From NCBI GenBank assembly GCA_963748625.1, contig CAVVJT010000003.1, positions 224,001-288,000 on the forward strand: a stretch of DNA of 64,000 nt, written 5' to 3'. The translations under genes and the position numbers were made by a program. This document shows positions 38,701 to 46,699 of this stretch, one piece after another. This DNA comes from an uncultured Chloroflexia bacterium. GTDB lineage: Bacteria > Chloroflexota > Limnocylindria > Limnocylindrales > CSP1-4. Within the stretch, counting starts at the first letter, position 1, and each line of letters begins with the position of its first letter. The notes beneath the pieces are model-generated. The model had not been told where the DNA came from. It searched no databases and saw only the letters and a list, made by a program, of their open reading frames with translations.

Positions 38701-39943
38701 ACACCCCATCGCCGATGAGTGGCTCAGGCGCAATCGGGACGCCGCTGGACACTCCACCGGTGGTCATGGCTCCACCCTTGAACAGCCCGAACTGGAGCCG
38801 AGGGGCGCCGAGAACGTCCTCGCAAGCATCCCGGTTTACCCGAGTCGTGGCGCCGAACGTGCCGAGGGGCGTGTTCACGGAAACGTCGCCCAGGCCGACG
38901 TCGATCCTGCCGAGGTGGCCGTACACGGCGAGGTAGTCGGAGCCCCCGACCGGGTCTGTCGTCCTGACGACGACCGTGTTGCCGAGATACTCGGCGTCGC
39001 CGCTCGCGCACCCTGCCCAGACCACCGTCCCCCCGTACATCGGGTACACGAGATCGCCCCGATCGATTGGGAACTGGACCGTGCTGACGACCTGCGGCCC
39101 CCAGCCGCCCGGGTCCTCAGCCACATAGCTTGACGGAGCCAGGGCGTGACGCTCGCCGTCTGCCCACGGGAGCCTCGACGGGAGGCCCGGCGGCTTGGAC
39201 GACCCGGCAGGGATCGTCCCGACGGGAGCGAAGCCCTGGTTCGCGTCGATGAAGTCGGACGGGTGGATCGCCCCGGAGTCAAGCACGGCTTTGGCGCTAG
39301 GACGATACGCCCCGGAACAGTCGCTCCCCATCGTCTTGCAGTCGACGAGGCGAATGGAGAGGTGCAGGTGCGCGGGATGCTCGCCATACGCGTTGGTGCT
39401 CGTCGGTGACGTCGTGCCGAGTGGCGCGCCGGGCGTGACGCAGTCACCCTTGGCGACGGACCCCGGGACGACATGGAGGTATGCGGACCAGAACTCCGTG
39501 ACGACCTTCACTCCCGATGGGTTGCCTTGGGCATCCGAGACGCGGACCACGAACCTGCCAGTGTGGTGTACGACGATGACGTCGCCGTCGGCCTTCCCCG
39601 TCGAGGAGATCTCCCCTACGTACTCGATGCGTCCAGTCGCAACCGGGTATACGTCGTCCGACTCGTCCGTCTTCCAGTCCTCGCCGTCGTGGTAGCGGTA
39701 TTCAGCGAGTCGATTGGCGAAGGACTGCGTCATGTGCGGCCCCACGGTTCCTTCGCGCCGGATCGGGAACCTGACCGACGACGCATCGTCGCAGACCACA
39801 TCGGAGTCGAGCTCATGGAGGCCGGAGTCGGGTATCCGAACCGGCATCGCTTCTGTCGCTTGCGCTCCTGCGCCGAGCAGCACATGTAGCGCGAGCACTG
39901 CAGCGCTCAACGCCAGCACCGGTCGTCGGATCCCCTCGAGCAC
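35768..39943 (-). CDS. Large secreted protein: two M23 peptidase-like domains, autotransporter-passenger-like repeats, FN3-like domain, basic C-terminal domain
   Basis: Signal peptide; HDGED...HLH (M23); second copy degenerate; GTVAPGDSPGILTVTGDY passenger motif; 618-bp-period internal duplication. Confidence 0.8.
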   Translation of the reverse strand: MLEGIRRPVLALSAAVLALHVLLGAGAQATEAMPVRIPDSGLHELDSDVVCDDASSVRFPIRREGTVGPHMTQSFANRLAEYRYHDGEDWKTDESDDVYPVATGRIEYVGEISSTGKADGDVIVVHHTGRFVVRVSDAQGNPSGVKVVTEFWSAYLHVVPGSVAKGDCVTPGAPLGTTSPTSTNAYGEHPAHLHLSIRLVDCKTMGSDCSGAYRPSAKAVLDSGAIHPSDFIDANQGFAPVGTIPAGSSKPPGLPSRLPWADGERHALAPSSYVAEDPGGWGPQVVSTVQFPIDRGDLVYPMYGGTVVWAGCASGDAEYLGNTVVVRTTDPVGGSDYLAVYGHLGRIDVGLGDVSVNTPLGTFGATTRVNRDACEDVLGAPRLQFGLFKGGAMTTGGVSSGVPIAPEPLIGDGVYEKFTWWTGPARARDLRAFVGNPGGSWCDDAVECPAIGGASLWLDQIRFNEPVHYRARLTDSAPIKQVNFTAYYPDWATGTGLPGFDPVRTWRIVASCRPPDETGDPSTTPGCEWHWAQRGPTAWVAEVAFDWYPESTDTWRPPWQPMASRARDLGSQCTVARLSFDVYDHAGYRRLAPNGTTPPTSCLTPTVAAVVSSPTSQLGTSVQAADGDGASAVYLLPFLSAVDCDTSWKGGSGTWWDADRWTSGLPDAGHSACINGASDVVTLDQSAQAASLVNAGTIRTDPKSSSITLDTSGGPLFNTGTITRDGFYSTIIRAGSITNTGTIDATPTTGYPYRIGLVAPVIDNQGTIDLARGGDFSGGSSTTALQFANSGTLHVPATREARVFLAGGTFTQTGGTLAIDGDLVVDGTLRVDGGAITGNPVQIDGGGALSVAPDAPAPATSILFTELPARIDTDLPAGFTVVASAPTGTLTLGDGDGFTNAGTIRTDPKSSSITLDTSGGPLFNTGTITRDGFYSTIIRAGSITNTGTIDATPTTGYPYRIGLVAPVIDNQGTIDLARGGDFSGGASGTPLQLTNSGTLHVTATREARVFLAGGTFTQTAGTLAIDGDLLVDASTLRVEGGAITGTGTLDGDLYNAGTVAPGDSPGILTVTGDYVQAPAGTLSVEIASLDPGDIDLLRVGGAAQIAGILKVQASGYVPVLDDLVTLIEAGAVSGSFATIDGAAMGTGLGFVPDPTATAYRLRVVAGVTDQTPPVVTAPKATIAVGSTLGTSTVPVALAWTGSDAGGSGIDHYELALSTNGGAYTVVASPTGTAITRNLKPSKTTTYRFQVRAIDAAGNPSAPQTGPAFRVLRTQQSSSAVRYRGTWTTSRSSQASGGSYRVAKAKGASASYAFTGRTIAWVATKGTGYGKAKVYLDGRYVTTVDLRASATQWRRIVFTKTWSTAGKHTLRIVNLATSGHPRASLDALVVLR
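36858..37864. repeat. Intragenic direct repeat, period 618 bp
   Basis: About 36858-37246 matches about 37476-37864; the longer sub-block appears identical. Confidence 0.85.
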
Positions 39944-40158
39944 GGCTCCCCTCCTCAGGCGTTGTTCCCGGCATCCTGCTTGCTGTCGCTCACGCCATCC
40001 CAGTGCCCAACGGCCCCCGACACCTGAGTGCGGGTCCCACGAAATGCCCCCTACGAGGACCGTCGCCAGGCCGAAGCCGGCATCGGGCGGGCGCGTTGCC
40101 CCCGGTGCGATGATGATGGGCGAGAGCCGTTGGGGTGTGCCCTACAGGGGGTCATGGC

Positions 40159-40437
40159 ATGCAGCGTTGGGAGTACGCCTACTACCGGAACAGCGCTGGT
40201 GGCATCGAGTACGTGCTGTTCGGGGTGCCGCTCGACGAGGCTGCGTGGGAGCGCATCACGTCCCGGTTCGCCGGGCACATCAAGAAGGAGAGCACCCGCT
40301 CCCGTGTCGTCCTTGAGAAGCGTGTCTACGACCCGATGGAAGTTGTCGCGTTCCTCGGTGGCGGGGCCTGGGAGATGGTCAGCTACACCGCATCGGGGCA
40401 GGACGTCGTCTATCACTTCAAGCGCCCTCTCGCGTAG
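40159..40437 (+). CDS. Small protein, DUF4177-like
   Basis: MQRWEY...LGGGAWEMVS...YHFKRP pattern. Confidence 0.6.
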   Translation: MQRWEYAYYRNSAGGIEYVLFGVPLDEAAWERITSRFAGHIKKESTRSRVVLEKRVYDPMEVVAFLGGGAWEMVSYTASGQDVVYHFKRPLA

Positions 40438-40640
40438 TCGCTGAGGGACCGCGGGAGAACCCCCGGACGCCCCGCCCTGCACCTCCGGCAGGGCCGGGAT
40501 CGGGCGGACGCCCGCGTGGATGGGTACAAGGGTCCGAGCAACGCGTCCGCGTGGTCGTATCGGCCCTTGTCGGGGTTGGCCTCGCAGCCTGACCGTGGCG
40601 TCACGTGGCTGCAGCTAGGACCTTCTGGAGGGCAAGGGAG

Positions 40641-41681
40641 ATGTGGGTGGTCGGCCGTCTGGTCGCCGTGATCGCAGCGGCGGGCATCGTCGCGGCGGTC
40701 GGGCCAGTCGGGAGTGCGCGAGCATATTCCGACCAGTGCTCGACGGTGACCCTCGAGCCCTCGGTGAGCCCGATGGGGCTGTTCGCCCTCGCGGCCGACT
40801 GCGGCTCGCCCGGCGACAGCGACTACTTCGCCAGCGCCACGCTGTGGATCTACCCCCTGCAGCCCGGCGTCCCCGTCACGGGCAGAGCGGTACGCGGAGC
40901 AGCGGACTACATCTTCGGGTCCGCCGATGGGCCGGAGTTCGTTCCCGTGACGATGGCTGGCACCTATCGCCTGACGGTCGTCAGCGGCGGGGCATCCGGC
41001 GACATCGAGCAGGTCGCGGAGGCCACGGTTGAGGGTCCGCCCGTACTCACGACGCCAGGACTCGCGCTCCGGGCAGGAACGACGATGACCTCGACACTCT
41101 ACCCGGCTCGCCTCTCATGGTCCCAGAGGGCCGGCTCCACGGCCTCGGCGTTCGAGGTGCAACGCTCCATCGATGGCGGCGCCTGGAGCACGATCGCCAC
41201 GACGGGCTCCACCTCGATCAACACGGGTGTGGCGGGCAGACTCTACGAGTTCCGGGTCAGGGGATACGCATCAGAGATGGGGTGGGGCGAGTGGTCGAGC
41301 GTGACCACCCGGCCAGCCGCATACAGCGAGAGGAGTGCGCGCTTCACCTACAGCGGAACATGGAGGAGGGCCTCCAAGTCGTCGTTCTGGGGCGGCCGCG
41401 CGCGGTATGCGAGCGCCCGCGGTCGGACGGTAACGCTGCGCTTCACCGGTCGCAGTGTGGCGATTGTGGGTACGACCGGGCCCAACCGCGGGTCGTACTC
41501 CCTCACCCTCGACGGAGTGCGAAAGGGCTCGTTCAGCACCTACGCGACCTCCACGCGCTACCGGCGGCTGATCCTCAGCGTCACGTGGCCCAAGTCAGGA
41601 GTCCACGTCCTCACGATGAGGGTCCTCGGAACTCCCGGTCACCCTCGGATCGACCTAGACGGAGCACTGGTCATCCCTTGA
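40641..41681 (+). CDS. Secreted protein with FN3-like domain and basic C-terminal domain
   Basis: Signal peptide (ARA cleavage site), FEVQRSIDGGAW...YEFRVRG, C-terminal GHPRIDLDGALVIP. Confidence 0.75.
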   Translation: MWVVGRLVAVIAAAGIVAAVGPVGSARAYSDQCSTVTLEPSVSPMGLFALAADCGSPGDSDYFASATLWIYPLQPGVPVTGRAVRGAADYIFGSADGPEFVPVTMAGTYRLTVVSGGASGDIEQVAEATVEGPPVLTTPGLALRAGTTMTSTLYPARLSWSQRAGSTASAFEVQRSIDGGAWSTIATTGSTSINTGVAGRLYEFRVRGYASEMGWGEWSSVTTRPAAYSERSARFTYSGTWRRASKSSFWGGRARYASARGRTVTLRFTGRSVAIVGTTGPNRGSYSLTLDGVRKGSFSTYATSTRYRRLILSVTWPKSGVHVLTMRVLGTPGHPRIDLDGALVIP

Positions 41682-42167
41682 GCCACGGGGACACTCCGAT
41701 GTAGAGCCCGTCGCCCCAGGACGCTCCCGACCAGGGGAGGCGGGAGCGCCGATGATCGCCTGACTGCGGGGGTTGGCTAGTACGCAATCACGGGGCCGGT
41801 GATCGCGAGGCGGACGGAAAGCGTCGCTCGGACGGCGAGCACGACCACGGCCGGAGGATCGGCAGGAGCCTCGACCTGAACTCCCTCGACCTTGGCACAG
41901 TGCGGACCTCCCCCGGCAAGGTGGCCGAGCGTCGACTCAGCCGCGATCGAACAGGGACCTGCAGGTACGCCCACGCATGAGACCGGGATCTCGTACCCAT
42001 CGAGCAGGTCCGCGAGGACGAGGGACGGCGATCGAGGCGACCTTGACGCCCTCCGGTTCTCGCCGGGGGGCGTCGCGCTTGTGAGCTAATGCAATCCTGT
42101 TGCTACCACGTTGCTGCCGCCGGATATGAAGAACGGGCCCCGGAGGGCCCGTGTTGTGCGCAAAAGG

Positions 42168-42212
42168 TGGAGGCGACGATCGGATTCGAACCGATGAATA
42201 GAGGTTTTGCAG
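42168..42212 (-). repeat. att site: 3' half of tRNA-Cys(GCA), copy 2
   Basis: Identical to 33570-33614; 38 bp from the integrase stop codon. Confidence 0.9.
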
Positions 42213-42249
42213 TTATCGATGTGACAGCCCTTACTGATCTCAGTCTGGC

Positions 42250-43404
42250 CTATCTGTGCGGCCTATTGTGCGGCCTATGACGACGCGCCAGCACCTCGGC
42301 GGCTTCGCGCTGCCTGTCGGTCACAGTGCCGGCCCCGTAGATCCTGGTCGTCACTGCGGGGCTCTGGTGCCCCACGTAGCGGGCAACGGTCAGGGTGTCG
42401 AGCTGGCCCTCGTTGAGCATCTGCAGCACGGCCATATGCCTGAGGTCATGAAACCGCACCACGGGCACACCCGCGGCCCGCAGGCGCTTCTGCATCGTGG
42501 CCGTGACCCAGGTCGGCTGAACCGGCTGGTCGCGCCTGACGCGGAGCGCGGGGAAGATCCACCCATCCCGGGGCCGGCCCTGCTCGACCCAGCGACGACG
42601 CAGGATGTCCAGCGCAACATCCGAGAGCCCGATCTTGCGTCGGGACAACTCCGTCTTGGGCGGCCCGATTGCCCGCTTGCCGTGCGCGTCGACGGTCGCC
42701 GTGCGCTCGATGTGGAGATCGGCGGTGCGCCAGACCACGTCTTCCCAGCGCAGGGCCGTGAGCTCGCCGAGGCGGGCTCCGACCAGCAGCGCCAGGCGGA
42801 CCATGTCGGCGACCGTGTCACCCTCCCCCACCGCGTCCTCGATCGCGTTGATGACGTCCTCGTCCGCCCGCACGTGTGCGCCTCGGAGCGTTGCCTCGGG
42901 GACCCTGATCTTCGCGAGGGGGTTGGCCGGCAGCGCGCCGTCAGCCACCGCCTGGTCGAGCATCGAGTGGACGACCGTCCGGATGTTGCGCACCGTGGAG
43001 GCCGCCTTGCGCTTGTCCATCGCCGTGCGGATCGGAATGGCAGCGCCTTGGGAGTTGAGCTCGCCCAGGACCAGGTGCCCGATCGTTGGCACCACCCAGA
43101 TCCTTAGGATCCTCTCGTAGCCGCGGTGGGTGATCGGGCGAACACTGCCCTCGATCGAATCGAGCCACCAGGCTGCGTACTGGTTCACCAGGCGCTCTGC
43201 CCAGCGCGCCGTGGGCTGCCGACGTGGCGTGCCTTGCCGCACCCGCGTGACGCTGGCCAACTCGTCGAGCAGATCCTCGGCCTCCTGGTAGTCGAGCGCG
43301 CTGACCTGTTGGCGCTCGCCCTTGACCGTCAGCTCGCCGATCCATCGCTGGTCAGACCGCCGGAACCACAGGGAACCCGTACCCTTACGCCGCCGCTTCC
43401 GCAT
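42250..43404 (-). CDS. Tyrosine recombinase/integrase
   Basis: Arm-binding-like N-terminus (KGTGSLWFRRSDQRW); GARLGEL (R), PKT (K), FHDLRH (HxxR), VGH and RIY (Y). Confidence 0.93.
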   Translation of the reverse strand: MRKRRRKGTGSLWFRRSDQRWIGELTVKGERQQVSALDYQEAEDLLDELASVTRVRQGTPRRQPTARWAERLVNQYAAWWLDSIEGSVRPITHRGYERILRIWVVPTIGHLVLGELNSQGAAIPIRTAMDKRKAASTVRNIRTVVHSMLDQAVADGALPANPLAKIRVPEATLRGAHVRADEDVINAIEDAVGEGDTVADMVRLALLVGARLGELTALRWEDVVWRTADLHIERTATVDAHGKRAIGPPKTELSRRKIGLSDVALDILRRRWVEQGRPRDGWIFPALRVRRDQPVQPTWVTATMQKRLRAAGVPVVRFHDLRHMAVLQMLNEGQLDTLTVARYVGHQSPAVTTRIYGAGTVTDRQREAAEVLARRHRPHNRPHR

Positions 43405-43599
43405 CCCGTCCGGCACGATGCCGGGGACGCGCTGCCGAACCTCACCGACCTGCTGTCTGCGCACGTTCAGATTATCTACCGCGATCGCTTCTCGGCGTCA
43501 GACCGGGATGCCAATTCCGCTCACGGACGCGAGCGCTGTGACGAAGCCAAGAGCGGGAGAGACGGCGTGTCCGTGCCTACGCCCCCCGCCCCCACTCCC

Positions 43600-46500
43600 T
43601 CACTTCACGACCACGAAGGCGTCGAGGTCGACCCGCGGACGGCCGCTGGTGCCGGAGACGACGAGCTTGATCGTGCGCTTGGCTGACGTGGACCAGGTCT
43701 TCTGCCAGGCGAGGGCCCGGTACTGGGTGGAGCTGCGGTAGGTGTCGACGGTGCCCTGGTACACGCCGTTGACGTAGACCTTGACCTTGCCGCGGGACGG
43801 GGACTTCGTGGTGACGAGCGCGATCGAGCGGCCGGTGAACGTGTAGGTCGCTGTCCGGCCCTTGGTCTTGGCGTACTTGACCGAGCCGCCGGAGTACGAG
43901 CTCGACTTGGTCGTCGTCCACGTGCCGCCGAACCTGACGCTCGTGCTCGACTGCTGCGTGAGTCGTGGTGAGAGGGTGGCGGTGTACGCCCAGCCGCCCC
44001 TGTTGTCGGCTTTGTCGACCGCCCGGACCCGGTAGCGGACCGTGCCCGAGGAGGCCGCGGTGACACTGGCGCTGGTCCCGGCGTACGTGCCGGCCGCCGT
44101 CCAGGTCCCGCCGCTCGTGCTCCGCTCGAGCTCGTAGGCGGCAACTCCGGAGACGGCGTCAGCCGCGGCCTTCCAGGCGAGCGTGAGCGGGACCGCGGTG
44201 CCCGAGAGCGCCGTGCCCGTGCGCGGCGTCGCGCCGAGCGACGCGGGGGTCGAGGGCGCGGTCCGGTCGATGGTGACGGCCGCACTGCCGACGTCGGCGG
44301 CGGGACCGGGATTGCCGGCACCGTCGCTGACGCTGCCCGCGGTGAGCGTGAGGACGACCGTGCCCTCGCCGCAGCCGGTGACCTCGACGGTGTACGAGCT
44401 GCCGGAGCCCGACGGCGTGCCGACGGCGCAGCCGGCGGCGGTGCCGGCCAGGGTGAGGTCGGATGCCGCAAGGCCGGTGACGGGCTCGCTGAAGGCCAGC
44501 GTGTAGGAGAGCGACGCGGCGCTGGTCGGGGTGGCCGGCGGGGTGAGCGTGGCGGAAGGGAGAGTCTTGTCCGCCGGTACCACCGAGTTCGACGGCGCTG
44601 ACACCTGCGAGTCCCCGATTGCGTTGGTGGCAAGCACGGTGAACGTGTACTCGACGCCGTTGGTGAGCTCGCCCACCGTGACCCCTGACTGATCGGCTGC
44701 GACCGTGATCGTGCTTCCGCCTGGAGCCGTCGCGACAGTGAAACTGAGGATTGGTGACCCGTTGTCAGCCGGCACATTCCAAGTGACGTGGGCTGCCTTG
44801 TCACCGCCCACCGCGCTTACTTGTGTCGGGGCATCAGGAGTGGATGCCGGTGTGACCTCGTTGGAGTCTTCCGATGGCACGGACTCGCCGGCCTCGTTGG
44901 AGGCTGTCACCGTGAAGGTGTAGGCAGTACCGTTCGTCAAGCCGACTACGATTGCGGCTGTCGTGTCGCCCGGAACAGTTGCCGTGTGGCCACCAGGCGA
45001 TGCCGTCACGGTGTAGACGATGACAGGCGCTCCTCCATCGTCCGCTGGTGGAGTCCACCCGACTCGCGCCGACCTGTCCTCCCCGGTTGCCGTGACCCCC
45101 ATGACCGGGGACGGAGGTTGGACCGCCGGAACGACGCTCGCCGATGCGCTGCTCGGCACACTCTCACCGATGGCGTTGCGCGTGTAGACCACGAACGAGT
45201 AGGACACGCCGTTCTCGAGCCCCAAGATCAGCGTCTCTCTCGACTCAGCTCCTACGATCGCTTCATGTCCACCAGGAGAACCGACGACCCGGAAGCTCGT
45301 GACGGGTGAGCCCCCGGTGTCAGCGGGACCGTCCCAGGAGACGACTGCGCTCGCATACCGCGCAGCGGCCGAGACAAGGCGCGGTGGGCCCGGCAGACGA
45401 GCAACGGTGAAGTTGCCGTCAGCGAGGTTGAACGGGTTCGTCGTCGGACCGGTCGCTCCGCTCGGCGTGTACGAGACCGAGCCCGGGAAGTACGTGGTCC
45501 GATTGGACGACCCGTCGAACATGTCGATGACGGAGAGCCGCACCAGCCCGTTGGCCCAAGCGTTGGTGATCGGACCCGTCACTGCGCCAGCACCGGCCGC
45601 GGTTCGGATCTGGTAGCTCCGGCCAACGGAGTCGGTGAAGCCGAAGATCATGGTGGAGATGGGCTCGTCAGCCGTGAACGTCGCCAGGATCGACGTCCCG
45701 GGGCCCACAGTCTGGCCGGCAGTCGAGACTGCGAACGAGATCAGCGTCGGCGCCGTGGTGTCCGCAGTCGACCCGGCAACGGTGAAGTTGCCGTCAGCGA
45801 GGTTGAACGGGTTCGTCGTCGGACCGGTCGCTCCGCTCGGCGTGTACGAGACCGAGCCCGGGAAGTACGTGGTCCGATTGGACGACCCGTCGAACATGTC
45901 GATGACGGAGAGCCGCACCAGCCCGTTGGCCCAAGCGTTGGTGATCGGACCCGTCACTGCGCCAGCACCGGCCGCGGTTCGGATCTGGTAGCTCCGGCCA
46001 ACGGAGTCGGTGAAGCCGAAGATCATGGTGGAGATGGGCTCGTCAGCCGTGAACGTCGCCAGGATCGACGTCCCGGGGCCCACAGTCTGGCCGGCAGTCG
46101 AGACTGCGAACGAGATCAGCGTCGGCGCCGTGGTGTCCGCAGTCGACCCGGCAACGGTGAAGTTGCCGTCAGCGAGGTTGAACGGGTTCGTCGTCGGACC
46201 GGTCGCTCCGCTCGGCGTGTACGAGACCGAGCCCGGGAAGTACGTGGTCCGATTGGACGACCCGTCGAACATGTCGATGACGGAGAGCCGCACCAGCCCG
46301 TTGGCCCAAGCGTTGGTGATCGGACCCGTCACTGCGCCAGCACCGGCCGCGGTTCGGATCTGGTAGCTCCGGCCAACGGAGTCGGTGAAGCCGAAGATCA
46401 TGGTGGAGATGGGCTCGTCAGCCGTGAACGTCGCCAGGATCGACGTCCCGGGGCCCACAGTCTGGCCGGCAGTCGAGACTGCGAACGAGATCAGCGTCGG

Positions 46501-46608
46501 CGCCGTGGTGTCCGCCTCAGTGGCATCTACGGTGCTTGGCATGCCTTGAAGAGCAATCGCGATCAAGGACACGGCGATCAGGCGCGCTGCCCGGACCCTT
46601 CGGCGCAT
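43600..46608 (-). CDS. Secreted surface protein: 3 identical 125-aa repeats, 3 FN3 domains, Ig-like domain, basic C-terminal domain
   Basis: Signal peptide MRRRVRAARLIAVSLIAIAL; GLTNGTAYTFTV FN3 motifs. Confidence 0.82.
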   Translation of the reverse strand: MRRRVRAARLIAVSLIAIALQGMPSTVDATEADTTAPTLISFAVSTAGQTVGPGTSILATFTADEPISTMIFGFTDSVGRSYQIRTAAGAGAVTGPITNAWANGLVRLSVIDMFDGSSNRTTYFPGSVSYTPSGATGPTTNPFNLADGNFTVAGSTADTTAPTLISFAVSTAGQTVGPGTSILATFTADEPISTMIFGFTDSVGRSYQIRTAAGAGAVTGPITNAWANGLVRLSVIDMFDGSSNRTTYFPGSVSYTPSGATGPTTNPFNLADGNFTVAGSTADTTAPTLISFAVSTAGQTVGPGTSILATFTADEPISTMIFGFTDSVGRSYQIRTAAGAGAVTGPITNAWANGLVRLSVIDMFDGSSNRTTYFPGSVSYTPSGATGPTTNPFNLADGNFTVARLPGPPRLVSAAARYASAVVSWDGPADTGGSPVTSFRVVGSPGGHEAIVGAESRETLILGLENGVSYSFVVYTRNAIGESVPSSASASVVPAVQPPSPVMGVTATGEDRSARVGWTPPADDGGAPVIVYTVTASPGGHTATVPGDTTAAIVVGLTNGTAYTFTVTASNEAGESVPSEDSNEVTPASTPDAPTQVSAVGGDKAAHVTWNVPADNGSPILSFTVATAPGGSTITVAADQSGVTVGELTNGVEYTFTVLATNAIGDSQVSAPSNSVVPADKTLPSATLTPPATPTSAASLSYTLAFSEPVTGLAASDLTLAGTAAGCAVGTPSGSGSSYTVEVTGCGEGTVVLTLTAGSVSDGAGNPGPAADVGSAAVTIDRTAPSTPASLGATPRTGTALSGTAVPLTLAWKAAADAVSGVAAYELERSTSGGTWTAAGTYAGTSASVTAASSGTVRYRVRAVDKADNRGGWAYTATLSPRLTQQSSTSVRFGGTWTTTKSSSYSGGSVKYAKTKGRTATYTFTGRSIALVTTKSPSRGKVKVYVNGVYQGTVDTYRSSTQYRALAWQKTWSTSAKRTIKLVVSGTSGRPRVDLDAFVVVK
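45401..46515. repeat. 375-bp tandem repeat, about 3 copies
   Basis: agcgaggttgaacgggttcg at 45421, 45796 and 46171. Confidence 0.92.
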
Positions 46609-46699
46609 CACAACCCTGTCCTGGCTTCGGCTCGGGGAGCCCACGGCTCCGACCTGCGCGGCCAGGCGTTGCGACGCAGTTGCATGCTCCCCCACTCCC

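Noticed and set aside
33570-42212. Two functional tRNA-Cys genes
   Set aside because: Both copies lack the 5' acceptor strand, D-arm and 5' anticodon stem; they are att remnants.
42250-43404. Integron integrase with cassette array
   Set aside because: No attC-like sites or IntI-specific insertion seen; the arm-binding-type N-terminus and tRNA att sites indicate an island integrase.
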